64,000 nt of DNA, taken from assembly GCA_027923505.1 (NCBI GenBank), contig BROI01000011.1:744001-808000 (forward strand), written 5' to 3'. A program made the translations under genes and the position numbers. Positions 11,195-23,923 of the stretch are shown piece by piece (within the stretch, counting starts at the first letter, position 1; each line of letters begins with the position of its first letter). The notes under the pieces were generated by a model, which was not told the origin of the DNA, did no database searches, and was given only the letters and a program-made list of their open reading frames with translations. This DNA comes from Mayamaea pseudoterrestris. Its lineage: Eukaryota.

Positions 11195-13532
11195 ATGACG
11201 AGCACTTCATCATTGTCATATTATCAGCAATGCTATCTAAACACTCTAGGTGCTGATAATGTGCTCGAGTGTGTAACAAACATGCTGGTTGAGGAGCATG
11301 AGTTCCAAAAGGCAAATCTGGTGAACTGGCTTTTTGTCTTGACTGGTACGAGCAAAGAGTTAAAGATGCTGCCGGCTGCCGTGCGAAAGGTGGACTTAAT
11401 CCTTGATCTCATTTCCAATTTTTCTTTACATCAGGAGCGCTTGTGTTCTTCATGCAAACCGGCTTTGCCATGCTTTGTGCTGGCTGTGTGCGGAAGAAGA
11501 ATGTCCAGAAGTAAGTATCGACGGCTTTCTGACTCGTGATGTCTTTGATCGTCGCGGCTCTAACGCTGCCCCCTTGTCCTCACGTTCGTACAGCACCATG
11601 TTAAAGAACCTGCTTGATGCCTGCGGTGCTGCCGTCGCTTTCTACTCTATTGGCTACGCCTTTGCATTTGGAGGGCAAAATGAAATCGTCGGCAGCACTT
11701 TCATCGGTTATCAAAACTTCTTCTTATTGGGTGACGTCAATCCAGCATTTTTCTTCTTTGAGTTTGCCTTTTCGGCCACTTCCGTGACAATTGTCGCAGG
11801 AACGTTGGCCGAACGATGTCAAATGGCAGCATATCTTTGTTACAGCTTGTTTTTGACAGGAATTGTTTATCCGGTCGCGGCGCATTGTCTATGGAGCAAC
11901 AATGGATACTTGTCAGCATTCTCGGCAGCTCCGATATTTGGAAACGGTTGCATCGACTTTGCTGGAAGCGGAGTGGTGCACTTGACGGGAGGAACGACAG
12001 GTAAGTTTGTCGGTCCTCATCGATGACAATAATTTTTGCTGACTTAAAACTGTCTGCCTCCAGCATTGATTGCCACCTACATCCTCGGCCCCCGCCGCGG
12101 GCGCTTTTTTGATTCCAAAGGCCGAGCACTGGACAAACCTAAAGCATTCCCTGGACACTCAATGGCGTTGCAGCTCTTAGGAACAATGGTATTATGGTTT
12201 GGCTGGTACGGATTTAATCCCGGCTCAGGTGAGTGACAACGCGTAATTTCTTATTCCTGTAACACTGCTAGCGTTGCGTTGGAGCCATTGCGGGCTTCTT
12301 GTTCGACCAGCTGTGCAAGTCTAACGCATATCTGATCATCGACTTTTCTCTGACAGCTTTGCTGATCACAACACCGTATACTGGACAAGTAGCAGCCATC
12401 TGTGCCGTCAATACATCACTGTCAGCGGCTAGCGGTGCAATCGCTGGTCTTTTCGCCAACTTGCTTTATAACGAACGAAAGACTGGCGAGTACAATTATG
12501 ATCTTACATGCGCAATGAATGGAGCACTTGGAGGGCTAGTTGCTGTGGTCAGTGTTGAAACATTCTTATCGTATAACATCACGTCGCGGGTCTCTCCTCA
12601 CACTTCCTTTCTCGCAGACTGCCGGATGTGCGACAATGCCTTACTATGCCGCTGTTATCACTGGCCTGGTTGCTGGAGTCATCTACCTGGCCGGCTCAAA
12701 ATCATTAATTTACCTGCGACTAGATGACGCAGTCGACGGTAAGATTATATAAGCCTCTCGCAAGTATGTAAAAGTCTCGACGATGGCTGATCTGTGATTC
12801 TCCCTTTACTTTCGCTACCAATGTTGCAGCCATACCCGTGCATATGCTTTGCGGGGCATGGGGCATGTTAGCAGCTGGCTTGTTCACATCGCCAGTGCAC
12901 CTCGAGACAGCCTACGGATTCAATGAACATGTTGGACTGTTTTACGAATTCACCAGTGATTCCTTCGACGCCATACTGCTTTTAAACCAACTGATGGCCA
13001 TTCTTTTTGTTTTCGTTTGGTCGTTAGTAACAATGGGCCCTTTCTTCATTGTTCTCAACTACATGGGATGGTAAGTTGTGGCATTTTGTAAGCCTTGTTG
13101 TAGCTGTGCTTTATGGACATTTCCTCACCAACAATTATGTCCCGCAGGTTCCGCTCCGATTCATTGGAGGAGCTGGTGGGCCTTGACATGTCCTACCACG
13201 GTGGCGCTAATTCTGAGTTCGAGGATGTATCACCTTCACAAATGAGAGCTTTCAAGACACGAAAAAGCGGTTTGCGTCGCCGGTGTGTCGCCAATGACGG
13301 AGACGTTAATGAAAACGGCGCAGCCAACGATGAGGACGACGAAGACGATGACGAGGACGGAAGCTGGACTGACTTGACCGTTGCATCGACTCGCGAAGGC
13401 AGCCAGAAGCGAGAAACGGCACCGCGATGGCCCGTTCCGCAACATCAGGTTGATGCCGAAAGTGCCGATTGCGGTAACTACTCTTCGACATATTCACTGG
13501 GAGAAGAGAGTGAGTTCACTCGTCGTTCATAA
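11195..13532 (+). CDS. AMT1: Ammonium transporter (AMT1 family), 8 exons
   Basis: Exons 11195-11345, 11435-11510, 11594-12000, 12064-12228, 12357-12547, 12618-12738, 12830-13070, 13148-13532. Motifs [51 protein letters not shown] and [11 protein letters not shown]. Confidence 0.95.
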
Positions 13533-13704
13533 GGGTCGGCCAATTTTGAAATAAATTTTTGGTTTTTATTCCATATTCTCTGCTGGCTCGTACGATTTAT
13601 ATATTGAATTTCAGATACGCTTGATTTCGTAAAGTATCCTAGCCGTATTGATCTTGCATTGACAGTGGTCTTTTATACTAAAGGGTGTTCACGCCATCGG
13701 TGGC

Positions 13705-15024
13705 CTACACGGATCGAAGCTCTGGATAATCAGCAACGACGTCCTTCAGTGTCAATGTCTCGGTTCTATCCTCTGGGGTCCACAAAATCTCAGCCGACTG
13801 CAAACAATCATCGACTTTGACATCAGCCGCAATCTTGCGAAGCGCTTCCTCAATGTCTTGAATCGAGTTTATTTTGGGAACCTTGGTCGAGTCGCCGTCG
13901 ATAGCAAGGTTGAGCGTAATGACTGCTACAGTCGCCTGACCAGATACACCATTGCCGCGGCGTCCACCGCCGCTGCTGTAGTCCACGCCGCCAAACTTGC
14001 TCGTACTTTCCTGCTCAAACTTGCTGCGCTCCTTGACCGACATGCTGTTGTACTCACGCTGCGCCGCGTTCACGTCACGAAAGTGCTTGGACAGCGAGTA
14101 GCCAGAAACAATGGACGACTTTCGACGCAGAAGCTCCAACGCAACTTGACTCGTCAAGTTTTGGATTCCAACGCGACTGTCAGTCTTGGAGGTTGACGCC
14201 AATCGCTCCAGGACGCTGAGAATGGAGTTTGGGTCGTCGCGATTGCTTACCTCAAGCGCCACGCTCAATTGCACAACGCTCGTTCCAGTTCCAAGCATGG
14301 ACGAAACACTTTCCGTCCAAGCATCGTCCGTTCCCTTGTTGGCAAAGGCCGACCATGCCACGTAGGCAATTCCCCCGACAAGCATCAAGTCCAAAATACT
14401 TGGTCCGCGATTAATCGCAATAGCACCGCCCCCTCCATAAACCATTGGCCGCGGCGCATAGAATGGATTTCCAAAGGCCGAGTACGGACTATAGTAACCA
14501 GCTCCTCCAATGACTGGAGCAAGGGTGACGGACGGTCTTGAGTAGCTGCCTCCGCCGTAGCCTCCCCCACCGTAGGATGATCGCGAGGGTGCGGGACGAC
14601 TGTACGACTGCCGGGAGGATGAACCAAAACTTCCACCCATGCGACCACCACTCATTGCTGCATCCGCAGTCAATGGACTGAACACGAGTGTCAGTGCAAA
14701 TGCCGTAGCGGCGAATGCAATTGTCAAGGGAGATGATGGGGTGTCTTCTCCAATAGCTCTTGCAAGATTCTGTAGCGCTGACACCAAGACTGGCGTCGGA
14801 TTGTGAAGCTGTCGCTTGCTCTCACTCAATGCAGACTCTTGTTCCAACGGCGAGAGACCCAAGAATAGTGGAGGAGCTCTGAATGCTGGAGGTGTCAGAA
14901 AGCTTGTCGTGGCCGATGACGAGACTAATGGTGATGCTGGGGCGAATGCACTGAGAAACGGTGCGCTCAGCGACACTAGCAGCACCATTAGCATATTCTT
15001 CGTGCTGCTTGAAGTTAACAACAT
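13705..15024 (-). CDS. DUF1517 / FLAP1-like plastid membrane protein
   Basis: Signal peptide ends LSAF-AP (diatom ASAFAP plastid motif). Contains SGGRMGGSF, a Gly/Ser/Tyr-rich stretch, TM helices, and ERSKFEQE...EILWTP...LTLKDVVADYPELRSV, typical of DUF1517. Confidence 0.85.
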   Translation of the reverse strand: MLLTSSSTKNMLMVLLVSLSAPFLSAFAPASPLVSSSATTSFLTPPAFRAPPLFLGLSPLEQESALSESKRQLHNPTPVLVSALQNLARAIGEDTPSSPLTIAFAATAFALTLVFSPLTADAAMSGGRMGGSFGSSSRQSYSRPAPSRSSYGGGGYGGGSYSRPSVTLAPVIGGAGYYSPYSAFGNPFYAPRPMVYGGGGAIAINRGPSILDLMLVGGIAYVAWSAFANKGTDDAWTESVSSMLGTGTSVVQLSVALEVSNRDDPNSILSVLERLASTSKTDSRVGIQNLTSQVALELLRRKSSIVSGYSLSKHFRDVNAAQREYNSMSVKERSKFEQESTSKFGGVDYSSGGGRRGNGVSGQATVAVITLNLAIDGDSTKVPKINSIQDIEEALRKIAADVKVDDCLQSAEILWTPEDRTETLTLKDVVADYPELRSV

Positions 15025-15953
15025 GATTGATTCGTGTACGTGTGACCTTTTGCTATCGATTTGATGAAACAATGAGTGGCAGGTGGACTGTGTCGAATGC
15101 TTCAAACATGCACCTTTCGTGATCTTCTCTTGGCATCGTTGACGCAATCCCACATGGTGGATGACGATGTCACACCACCAATGTGCATCTTTCAACGTGG
15201 CCAGCTATGATTGGTTCATTATGTATCGTACTGGTATTTGGGGAGCTAACCTCTTCAACGCATTATACATTATGATATCGGTTAGTTAAAGCGTTTGCAG
15301 CACAGCAATGTCGAAATAAAACAGATAGCCAACAAAAATACTAGCAAATTGCACAACAAGGATTGCAGTTTGAGTGTATTTTCACCAATCAGGTTAGGAC
15401 TTTAGGAGGCATGATTCTGATGCATAGTCCATCCATCAAATGTTGCTTAGAGGCTGTACTTATTCTTGAATTCGATGAACCTTTGGCGACCGGTTCTGTA
15501 GTCTCTATGTGGCTGTCTCTTTGGCCCAAGCTCTCGCGCAAGTAGATCGTCAAACGCGTGGATGAATTCGATCGATGCAGCGACACACATACACGGCAGC
15601 CCATTCGCCTCATCATGACCATCACAGCTTCGGCATGCTCATCCATGTGAACCGCAAACGTCGACGAATTTTTGTTCCTATCCGCGGCTGCCGCGCCGCC
15701 TGCTTCGAACGATCGGTTGCAAGTCGGAACGATTGTTTGTGGGAATGAAAAGTGTGACCCATTTACGAGCCGGACGAGCCAGCCGTCCAAGGAACATGGC
15801 CGAATTTTCTTCGCTTCGAACGTCACACGAATAGTCGGCGTGCACCTATTTGTCGCCATCATCATCCATCCTTCCTTTTGCATTGCAGTGTAAATTTGAA
15901 ACGAAATAGGCTTGGTAGAGTTCTTAATCAAGCAAAGAAGAAGCAAAAACGAA

Positions 15954-18900
15954 ATGCGAGTCCTAAGCTGTGCCTTTACTTTGGCGGGCTTCCTGGCGGC
16001 GACTGATGCGGCGCACGTCGGGAGAGTGCGCGGCTTGGTCGACGATTCCGAACCCGTGAGGAAGCAACGACGTCTCATGGTAACGAGTGTAGGTGGAGGT
16101 CATTGGGGAAACAATGGACGCGTCACAAGTGGGAGCAGTGGTACGGTGTCGAACCCAGTTGTAGATGAAGGCGATACGGGAGGAAACAGCGGTGGCAGTG
16201 GAGGAGGAGGAGGCGGCGGCACAACTGTAACGAACCCTCAAGGAGGCGGTAGCGGAGCAACACCAGTTGTTAGTCCTGTCAGAGACGGAGGCAGTGGAGG
16301 CAACGCTCCTCGAGCCGACAATGGAGGCAGTGGAGGTGCGCCCCGCGCCCAACCCAAGGCGAGCAAGAGCAAGGGCGCAAGCAAGCAGGGAAGATCCATC
16401 AAGGGAAGTCAGGGTGGTTTCCGTGGAGGAGACGACGACCAAACTGGAACGACCGCCATTTGCACTTGCGCCAGCTGTACGACAGATGTCCTCAACACAA
16501 TGGCGGGAGGGTATACTTGCGGAGAACGCATTGATTTTCAGCTAAAGAACAATCCAGCATTGTTTCCAACCATTGCCACTGCGTGCCACCAAGTCGGAGG
16601 GTTGGAATTTCCAACTGGTAAGAGAACACGATGCTTGCACATACAAGTGCCATGTTGTAGCTTGAAATTGACTGACGATGTCTTCTTTTGACCTCCAGAG
16701 TGCGGAGCATGCGACCCCTTCACTTGTGATGGCCGCACGGAACCTGGCACAACAGACACCCACTGGTAGGTCGGAATCGCTAACATAATTGATCTTTAGA
16801 AAGCTGTGTGTCTCACTTTTGAATCGCTTTCTCACTTACAGTAACTGCGAGACATGCACTGCCGATGCTTGGAACATTGATGCCGGCGGTACGTAGCTTC
16901 TCTCTCGCTATGATTGAGGCGCGCTATATAGTTTGAAAATCACTCATCGGAAAACGTTGCTTTCTCATGCGCAGGCTACACATGCGGAGCTCGTATCTCA
17001 TGGGCCATGATTGTTGATCAAGCACAAGAGCAGGATGCGTGCAAGCTTGTCACCGCCAGTTATCCACAGTGTAAAGCGTGTAATCCACAAACTTGCGCTG
17101 TGCCGTTGACTGCAGCCCCAAGCATCGGTGGACGTTCGGAACCGACGTCGCCACCAGTCACCGCTCCACCTGTCACGCCCCCACCTGTTCTTCCTGTTGT
17201 TCCACGGCCTGTTCCTGTTGTTCCACAGCCTGTGGCTCCCGTGACCATGCCTCCCGTGACGGCAGCCCCAGTCACAGCTGCTCCCGTTACCGCGGCTCCC
17301 GTCACTTCCTCCCCCACGTCAGGCCGATCGGAACCGACCACTCCAGCTCCCGTGACGGCGGCGCCAGTGACTCCAGCGCCTGTGACGGCGGCACCCGTCG
17401 CCCCGCCTCCCGCCGCAACGGAGACGACTCCAGCTCCGACTGCAGCCGCTAAATGTCCCGAGTACTGCGACTGCTGGAGCTGCGCGGCCGCATGGAACAA
17501 TGTTGCGAACGGATTGACTTGCGGTCAGCGAATTAACTGGTTGATTGGAACGTAAGTAATGAGAATCGATGTGTTGAAGTTACCAAAAGCAATTCTCGCA
17601 TTTTACTTACCTCGCCAACTCTTGAAAACAATTTGCCAGTAACATTGGCGAAGCGGCAGCTTGCCGTGCCGTCGGCGGGACGGAATTCGTAGACGCGTGT
17701 GGGGCCTGCAATCCTGACACTTGCGACGGACGCACTTCGCCAGTCACCGCACCAGTCGCGGTCCCAGCGTCAACACCAGCCCCAACCGCCGGTCGGTCGG
17801 AACCAGAGACAACTCCTGTTCCAACGTACCCACCTGTCAGTGGTACTCCAGCGCCAACGGCTGGTCGATCAGAACCGGTATCGACTCCTGGTCCAACGTA
17901 CCCCCCGGTTAGTGGTACTCCGGCGCCAACGGCTGGTCGATCGGAGCCAGAATCAACTCCTGCCCCGACCTGCCAACCTGTCAATAGTACACCGGCGCCA
18001 ACTGCTGGGCGATCGGAACCTGTTTACACGCATGCACCGACCCATTTACCTGTAAGCAGTACACCAGCTCCAACTGCCGGCCGATCGGAACCAGTGATAC
18101 CAGCTCCAACACATCAGCCTGTTCAAGGCACGCCAGCGCCGACCGCTGGTCGATCCGAATCGTCTGAAATATATTGCTTCCCACCTTCGGATGAGCGCAA
18201 GCGATTCACTGGCGTCTGGGACAATTACATGTTGGAAGCGAAGGACAGCGCAGAAGATGTTTGCGGACCCGCCAACAATAATTTTGAGGATGTTCTTGTC
18301 TCGGTTAACGACGAGCGCAATGAGTTGAGCTTGACCTATCAATACGCAAACGGACTGTGGTATGGAAGTGAAGTACGCATTCTTCAAGAATCTGGGCCAT
18401 ACTCTTACGGAACGTTTACATACAGCGTCAAGTCGATCAACGTCATTGAAAATGGAACCGTCGTAAGCAATGTCCTGCCAGTCGGCCTCGTCGTCGGCAT
18501 GTTCACATGGGATTCAACGTACAGTGGAAGTGATCCCGAGATTTACGAAGTCGACATTGAGATTGGTCAGTTTGGAAATTCATCCAACGCAGATGCCCAA
18601 TTCCTTCTCCAACCGCCTGAACAGCCTCACTATTACCGATTCTGGACGGGGTCGGAAGGTGTCTGCGAGCAATCACCCCAGACATACGAGTTTACTTGGT
18701 TGCCCACATCGGTGGCTTGGTATTCCAGTGCTGGCGGAGGCCAGAATCATCTTTACACAACACAAGAAGCTATATCAACGAGTCAGACGGATCGTGTGCA
18801 GTGCATGCCATCATCTATTGAAGCTCGTGCCAGCTTGTGGAGCATTAGGGGCGCAGAAGTCGCACCTGATGGCATGAAGGAGAACCAGCAAGTTCAGGTT

Positions 18901-19023
18901 GTCTTTGACAAATTTACATTTACGCCTCTTGGTGTAACCGGAGTCGCAGATGGGGAAGCATGCTCGAAGAATTGCCAGTGTTTGAGTGGCTATTGTCAAA
19001 GTGGGGTCTGCGCAAGTCAGTGA
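15954..19023 (+). CDS. Secreted multidomain protein: Gly-rich region, three Cys-rich repeats, Pro/Thr linkers, GH16-like domain, C-terminal Cys module; 5 exons
   Basis: Exons 15954-16617, 16699-16765, 16842-16888, 16975-17551, 17640-19023, all GT-AG and frame-consistent. Signal peptide and RRL motif. EVDIE matches the GH16 catalytic E-x-D-x-E. Confidence 0.8.
17770..18165 (+). repeat. Coding tandem repeat, 6 x ~72 bp (TPAPTAGRSEP...)
   Basis: Six successive TPAPTAGRSE units about 24 aa apart in exon 5. Confidence 0.85.
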
Positions 19024-19193
19024 AACTAAAAGTATCAAGTGGCTATGATACTAAATGAACGTTTGTGTTACTGTAGGCATAATCGTAAAGAAATGTTTTT
19101 TTCGTTCTACTCTTAAGAAATTTGCTGAGAAAGCCAAAAGCGCGGGACGAAACTGTCAACTTTAGGTTGCAGGTGCAAGTATTTGGCCGAAGA

Positions 19194-20013
19194 TCACCCC
19201 TTTAACCAGCCCTTTCCTTTGGGTTTCATTGGTTGTATACCTTGAAGCTCGTTTCCTGCCAGTATCATCTGATCCGCTGCGAAAACCATTCGCTGACTAG
19301 AAAGTTCGGCATTTGCGTTTGCTGAATCAATCTTCTTGATAACAGTCGAAAGTAGCGTAAGATTCTTGCCGCCGACTGCAAGGTTTGCTCCCACAGTTGC
19401 TAATGGATCCTTTTGCATAATACATGCACCTGCCGCTTCGAGTGCGGTGCTTGTTGATTGCACGGGATCAATTGATAGTTCTGTATCAATGAGCCGAGCA
19501 ACAATGCAGCGTTAAGGTCAGATGTTACACAAAACATTCGTCAACCAAGGATACAGCAGACTGACAAACCTATAACATTTGCCAGCAAATCCATGTCATC
19601 TTCCTTTGCTTCTTGTACAGCAGCTTTAAGTTTCGAGCATGCTTCGTCGAGACATGTGGCGGCTTCTCGAAGTTCATCCGTAACAAGCTCGCTTCCAGTT
19701 TTGAATCGACAGGAGGCAGCTGCTTGCGCAATCGAGTCTCCTGCGTTTCGTATCTGAGCGCCTGCTGCTGATAGTCCACCTAAAAACGAATATTTAGAAA
19801 GCATGAGCTCGATTCAACTCGATAGTCATCTTTGTCATCCTTATTATCTTGCTTGCCTCCATACAAATTTAAATCCTGCGTGAGGTCAATCAAAAGTTCT
19901 CCGGCCCGGGCGAGCGCCTTGCCAGAATCCATCAATGGAACCGCTGCTGGCTTGAGTGAAAAACTACATATTCGGGTTATCAGTGGAAGCAACATTATCA
20001 AGCGTCGAAACAT
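19194..20013 (-). CDS. Hypothetical helical protein with signal-like leader, 3 exons (first intron GC-AG); copy 1
   Basis: Exons 20013-19857, 19779-19570, 19480-19194. Junctions give LNLYG-G-GLSAAGAQ and NVI-E-LSIDPVQST. Confidence 0.7.
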
Positions 20014-20241
20014 TCTTCCGTACTATATGGTGTTGACGATGAGCGGATGCTGGGGTTTTCCATAGTGGAACGCTGTGCGGGTGATGATCAATGCGACTGT
20101 CAGATCATTCGCAGCGGTTCTCATCCAGAACCGATGCGTCATCACAAGTCGCGCTTGAAGTTGGCACCATGGCCCAACGCGGATTTTCCATCCGCACAAA
20201 ATTGAAAAAAGTAGCACCCGATTCATGCAAACCTTAGAATT

Positions 20242-21141
20242 ATGCTTCACTTAAGAACCTTCACGCCAATGCTACTCCTGCTGGGATGCGAAGCTTTTTC
20301 TTTACAGCGACATTTTTCTCGCAGACAATCACCATTGGCATTTCCGAGCAGCAGGCTCCTCTCCTCGGCAGCTGCAATCCCCGAAGGCCTAACAAAGTCG
20401 GTCCAAACGCCAGGAAATGGACCGCCAGTATCATTTGGTGATATTTGTACGTTATCATATTCATGCTACGTTGTCGACAATAAGGATGACAGCAAGCTTT
20501 TCGCCAAGGCACGCTCCCAAAAATTCATGATTGGCGACGGAAGCATGATTGAAGCATGGGAAAAGATTGTTCCAACCATGCGGGTCGGTGAACGATCGAT
20601 TGTTCGTGTCAACGATCCATCATTGGGGTACGGAAGTGCAGGGGTTCCGCCAGTAGTTCCACCAAACGCAATCTTGGAGCTAGATATAGAGTTGATTACC
20701 GCACAAGCTGCCACGGCAAACATTGACTTTGATTCCATCGCCATGGCAGAAAAGGTGCCTAAAACTGCGGCAGACATTGAGGCTGCTTTCGCACTGAAAA
20801 TGGCAGGCAAGAGCGATGAACCAAAGCTAGAAGGATTTGAACTATTTCTCAAAAAGGCCAAGAACTTTTACTTTTTCGGTTTGTTTGAAGGTGAAACAGG
20901 CGAACGTCCACCATGGATTCTCCGGCCCAGTATCACCTTTCCGTTAGCGTTTGCCATTGTTGGTGCTGCCTTTTATATATCCTATGCGGGAGGAGCTATT
21001 AGCGAGCGTGGTGCGCAAGTCAAGGACGAGCTGGATGAAATTATTTTGAGTATGACTGGCATTGACGCTCGTGTTCCGACTTCACTGTTGGCAGCGACTG
21101 CTAATGTTGCAGCAAGCGTGATGGATGTAAGCATTTTATAG
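20242..21141 (+). CDS. FKBP-type peptidyl-prolyl isomerase, probably plastid-targeted, with C-terminal TM; copy 1
   Basis: Leader ends CEAF-SL. FKBP motifs FMIGDGSMIEAWE, MRVGER, LGYGSAGVPPVVPPNAILELDIEL. TM FPLAFAIVGAAFYISY. Confidence 0.9.
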   Translation: MLHLRTFTPMLLLLGCEAFSLQRHFSRRQSPLAFPSSRLLSSAAAIPEGLTKSVQTPGNGPPVSFGDICTLSYSCYVVDNKDDSKLFAKARSQKFMIGDGSMIEAWEKIVPTMRVGERSIVRVNDPSLGYGSAGVPPVVPPNAILELDIELITAQAATANIDFDSIAMAEKVPKTAADIEAAFALKMAGKSDEPKLEGFELFLKKAKNFYFFGLFEGETGERPPWILRPSITFPLAFAIVGAAFYISYAGGAISERGAQVKDELDEIILSMTGIDARVPTSLLAATANVAASVMDVSIL

Positions 21142-21275
21142 TTACGCTGTACTTGTTGCAATAATCTACGACTCCTTTATACTCGTAAAAAGTAAGGCGC
21201 TATGTTGCAGAGCGATAATTATTTCCTTTAATCTTTTCTCATCGTCAAACCGTATGGTTACACGTAAAATTTGAC

Positions 21276-22816
21276 CTACAAGTCATCTCCATCGGCAGTA
21301 AGAAAATGATTCTTGACATTTTGGCGTTTCTTGCGGTTGGCTTTAAGATCCAAGTCAGCAGCCTTGGCAGTATCGCTCGTCTTGGATAGCATTAAGCGCT
21401 TTTCGAGTTGCGACAAGGACCCACTTTCCATGAGTAGCTGACCGTTTGCCCCGAAAATCAGATGCAGCGTTTCATTAGTTAAAATTTGGATTTGAAAGCC
21501 GCCCTGGAGGCAGTGGCGAACAAAATTGAGCTGTATAATTTCCTTCCAATTATTCATCGATAGACGACCGCCTCGAAAAGCCACCACTTCTTCAGGCGCT
21601 TCGTCCTCCACAATCGTTTGCATAAAGTCCCTAAAAGTTGAACGTTGTTCTTTCTTAGCCTTACGGCTCAGATGATGGCCAGATTCAACCGATAGCTCGG
21701 CAATTCGCTGCTTGACCTCGTCCATGATGACTTCCCACTGCGACCCATCCCATGATCCGCGTCGAAACCGTCTTACAATGTAATGAAAGTTGTAAGTTAG
21801 CAAGTGTGCGCATATACAACGCGATAAAATGCAAGCAACCAATGCACTCACCTTGCTGTCGTATTTTCGCATTCCTCGGATCCGGCGCCAAGGTTTAGCC
21901 TCGCTTCGTGTATCAGCGAAAAGCATTCCCCTGCAGCTGACCTCAGATCAATCGAAGTATCATCCAAACAGTCACGAAGCAAATCCAATATCGCCAAACC
22001 GCGTCCCATTTGCGCATCATCTTGGCCAGCAAGGTGGTAGTCCAAGACAGTAGTAGCCAGTAGCGCCCAGCAATCCAGAGCCGTCGCTCTTAAAGTTGCT
22101 TGTACTTTTTCGTTCCGATATTCCTTGGCAGCGACAAGCTCGCAAAGATCCATCAGACCTTCCGTCGTGGCGGAATCCGACGAGCAAATAAAATCCGACA
22201 TGGTGAGTGCCCGTAGCGCAGCAATACGCACTGGGACGGCACGCTGCGTCGCCATGACAACGCTTCGTAGCTGGCGGTCTAATTTCTCGCACCACTCATC
22301 ATTGTTCGTACCCAAAACTACCGAGGCAACCTCCAAGGTTCGGCAGGCAGCGTACTGTTCCTGCGGACTGCCAACTCGAATACCATGAAACGCAGCGTCT
22401 TTAATACTTTCCGACCATTGGTACACAAGCTCGGCAGCCGCCGGGCCAGTTGCATACTGCGAAAGCGCCTTGAATAGTCGCTTCAAGGTCGCCTCACGCT
22501 TGACAGTGCGCTTCTCCGAAGCAAACTCCTCGCACAATGATAGCGTCTCCTTTAACTTGACGTAGCGTGCTTCTGCGGCAGCCATGGCATGATCCGCGTG
22601 ATCTCTTCCGCCGCCTTCGAGCAAAAAGTCGTCTTCTGGCGTATGGTCCGTCTGTGCAGAACCCCAGTCGCTTCCGAAATTCGTCTCAACGCCAATGGTA
22701 AAGTCGTCGTCCAGAAACTGCTGATTCTGCTGATCGAAATCACCGTCATCGCCATCGTCATCCTCCATGGACTGGCCCTTCTTGCGGCGCTGTGATCTAG
22801 GCGCTTTACGAGCCAT
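21276..22816 (-). CDS. Interferon-related developmental regulator (IFRD)-like protein, 2 exons; copy 1
   Basis: Exons 22816-21852 and 21771-21276. IFRD motifs EKRTVKRE..L, LRSAAGEC..LIHE, KKEQRSTFRD, LQGGF, KANRKKRQ. Confidence 0.85.
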
Positions 22817-23182
22817 GCTTTGCGAGTACTTGCAGTTTGAAGCAAGGATGTGGAATGAAGATCTTGATGGAGATGTCTGCTTGTGCTGATGCCGCAGCGA
22901 ATGCTTGTGGAGGAGCGAGTGCCGGATGAAAGCTGAACGACATCATGACGTTTCTCTAATTGTCGCAATTCACCGGAATGCGAAGAAATCGCAAGCCTAT
23001 CATTGTGGCGTCGTATAACTGCGGCAAAGTATAGTCAAAGTTATTCCGTATAATCTAAAGTATAGCAGTTAAAGATATGTATTCCAGTTGCGATCATGGA
23101 GGCAAACATTTGCCCCAGGCTTTCACGCGACCACAACTATCGACTGCGTGCATGGAGCAAGGCAGTGTGTTTCAAAACGAAC

Positions 23183-23923
23183 TCATATAGTACGTTTCTT
23201 TGCAGTTCGAACAATAATATTCTCCTCTTGCGCCCATTCGAGTCCGCATTCGCCAGTGAGATACTCGCGCTTCTTGTTCAGATTGTGTTGTTGCAGCGGA
23301 GGAGGAACCCATTCATGAGCATCCGACCACGCACGCAAGAGACTATACGGATCTTGTATACCGTCTAGGGCCGGCTGCCCACTGACAATAGGTACCACTT
23401 GAATTTCGCTCTCTGATGATGCTTGTTTCTGCAGGTGACTAACTGCCAATGACGATGAGTCGACCCGAGCAAGGACGACGCAGCCTTCCCGATGCTCAGA
23501 CCCTCGCCGAGAGTTCGGGTTGCCGGTTCCACCAATGACTTGATAATTTATTATGCAATATGCTTGAAGGTCTGCTAATGCATGAGCCTGTGTAGAAGCG
23601 TTTGAAAATGATTGGCCAGTAGGCAGTTGCTTGATCACCAAAGCATTCACGCGTCGCACCCAAAAGAGCTTTCCACGCGTCGAAAATGCATACTCGACTT
23701 CTTCCCCATTGCTCTTTAGAGGTATGGTTCGCACTGGCTCCTGACGAGCATAGGCATGGGCCGACTGACTGGCAACGTTATCAGCTAACGCTCGATTGGC
23801 GAAGAGCAAAGGCAAGTCCTTTGATGCTTCAAATCGTGGACCATCAAACCAACTCTTTCCAACAATGAAAAGTGATACTGTTCTCGTTGTGGCTGCAGCA
23901 GAGTGGGCAGTGGGTAAGTTCAT
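23183..23923 (-). CDS. Hypothetical protein; true 5' end uncertain, an upstream exon near 24030-24100 is possible; copy 1
   Basis: 246-aa ORF with globular composition filling an intergenic slot. No family recognised. Confidence 0.5.
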   Translation of the reverse strand: MNLPTAHSAAATTRTVSLFIVGKSWFDGPRFEASKDLPLLFANRALADNVASQSAHAYARQEPVRTIPLKSNGEEVEYAFSTRGKLFWVRRVNALVIKQLPTGQSFSNASTQAHALADLQAYCIINYQVIGGTGNPNSRRGSEHREGCVVLARVDSSSLAVSHLQKQASSESEIQVVPIVSGQPALDGIQDPYSLLRAWSDAHEWVPPPLQQHNLNKKREYLTGECGLEWAQEENIIVRTAKKRTI

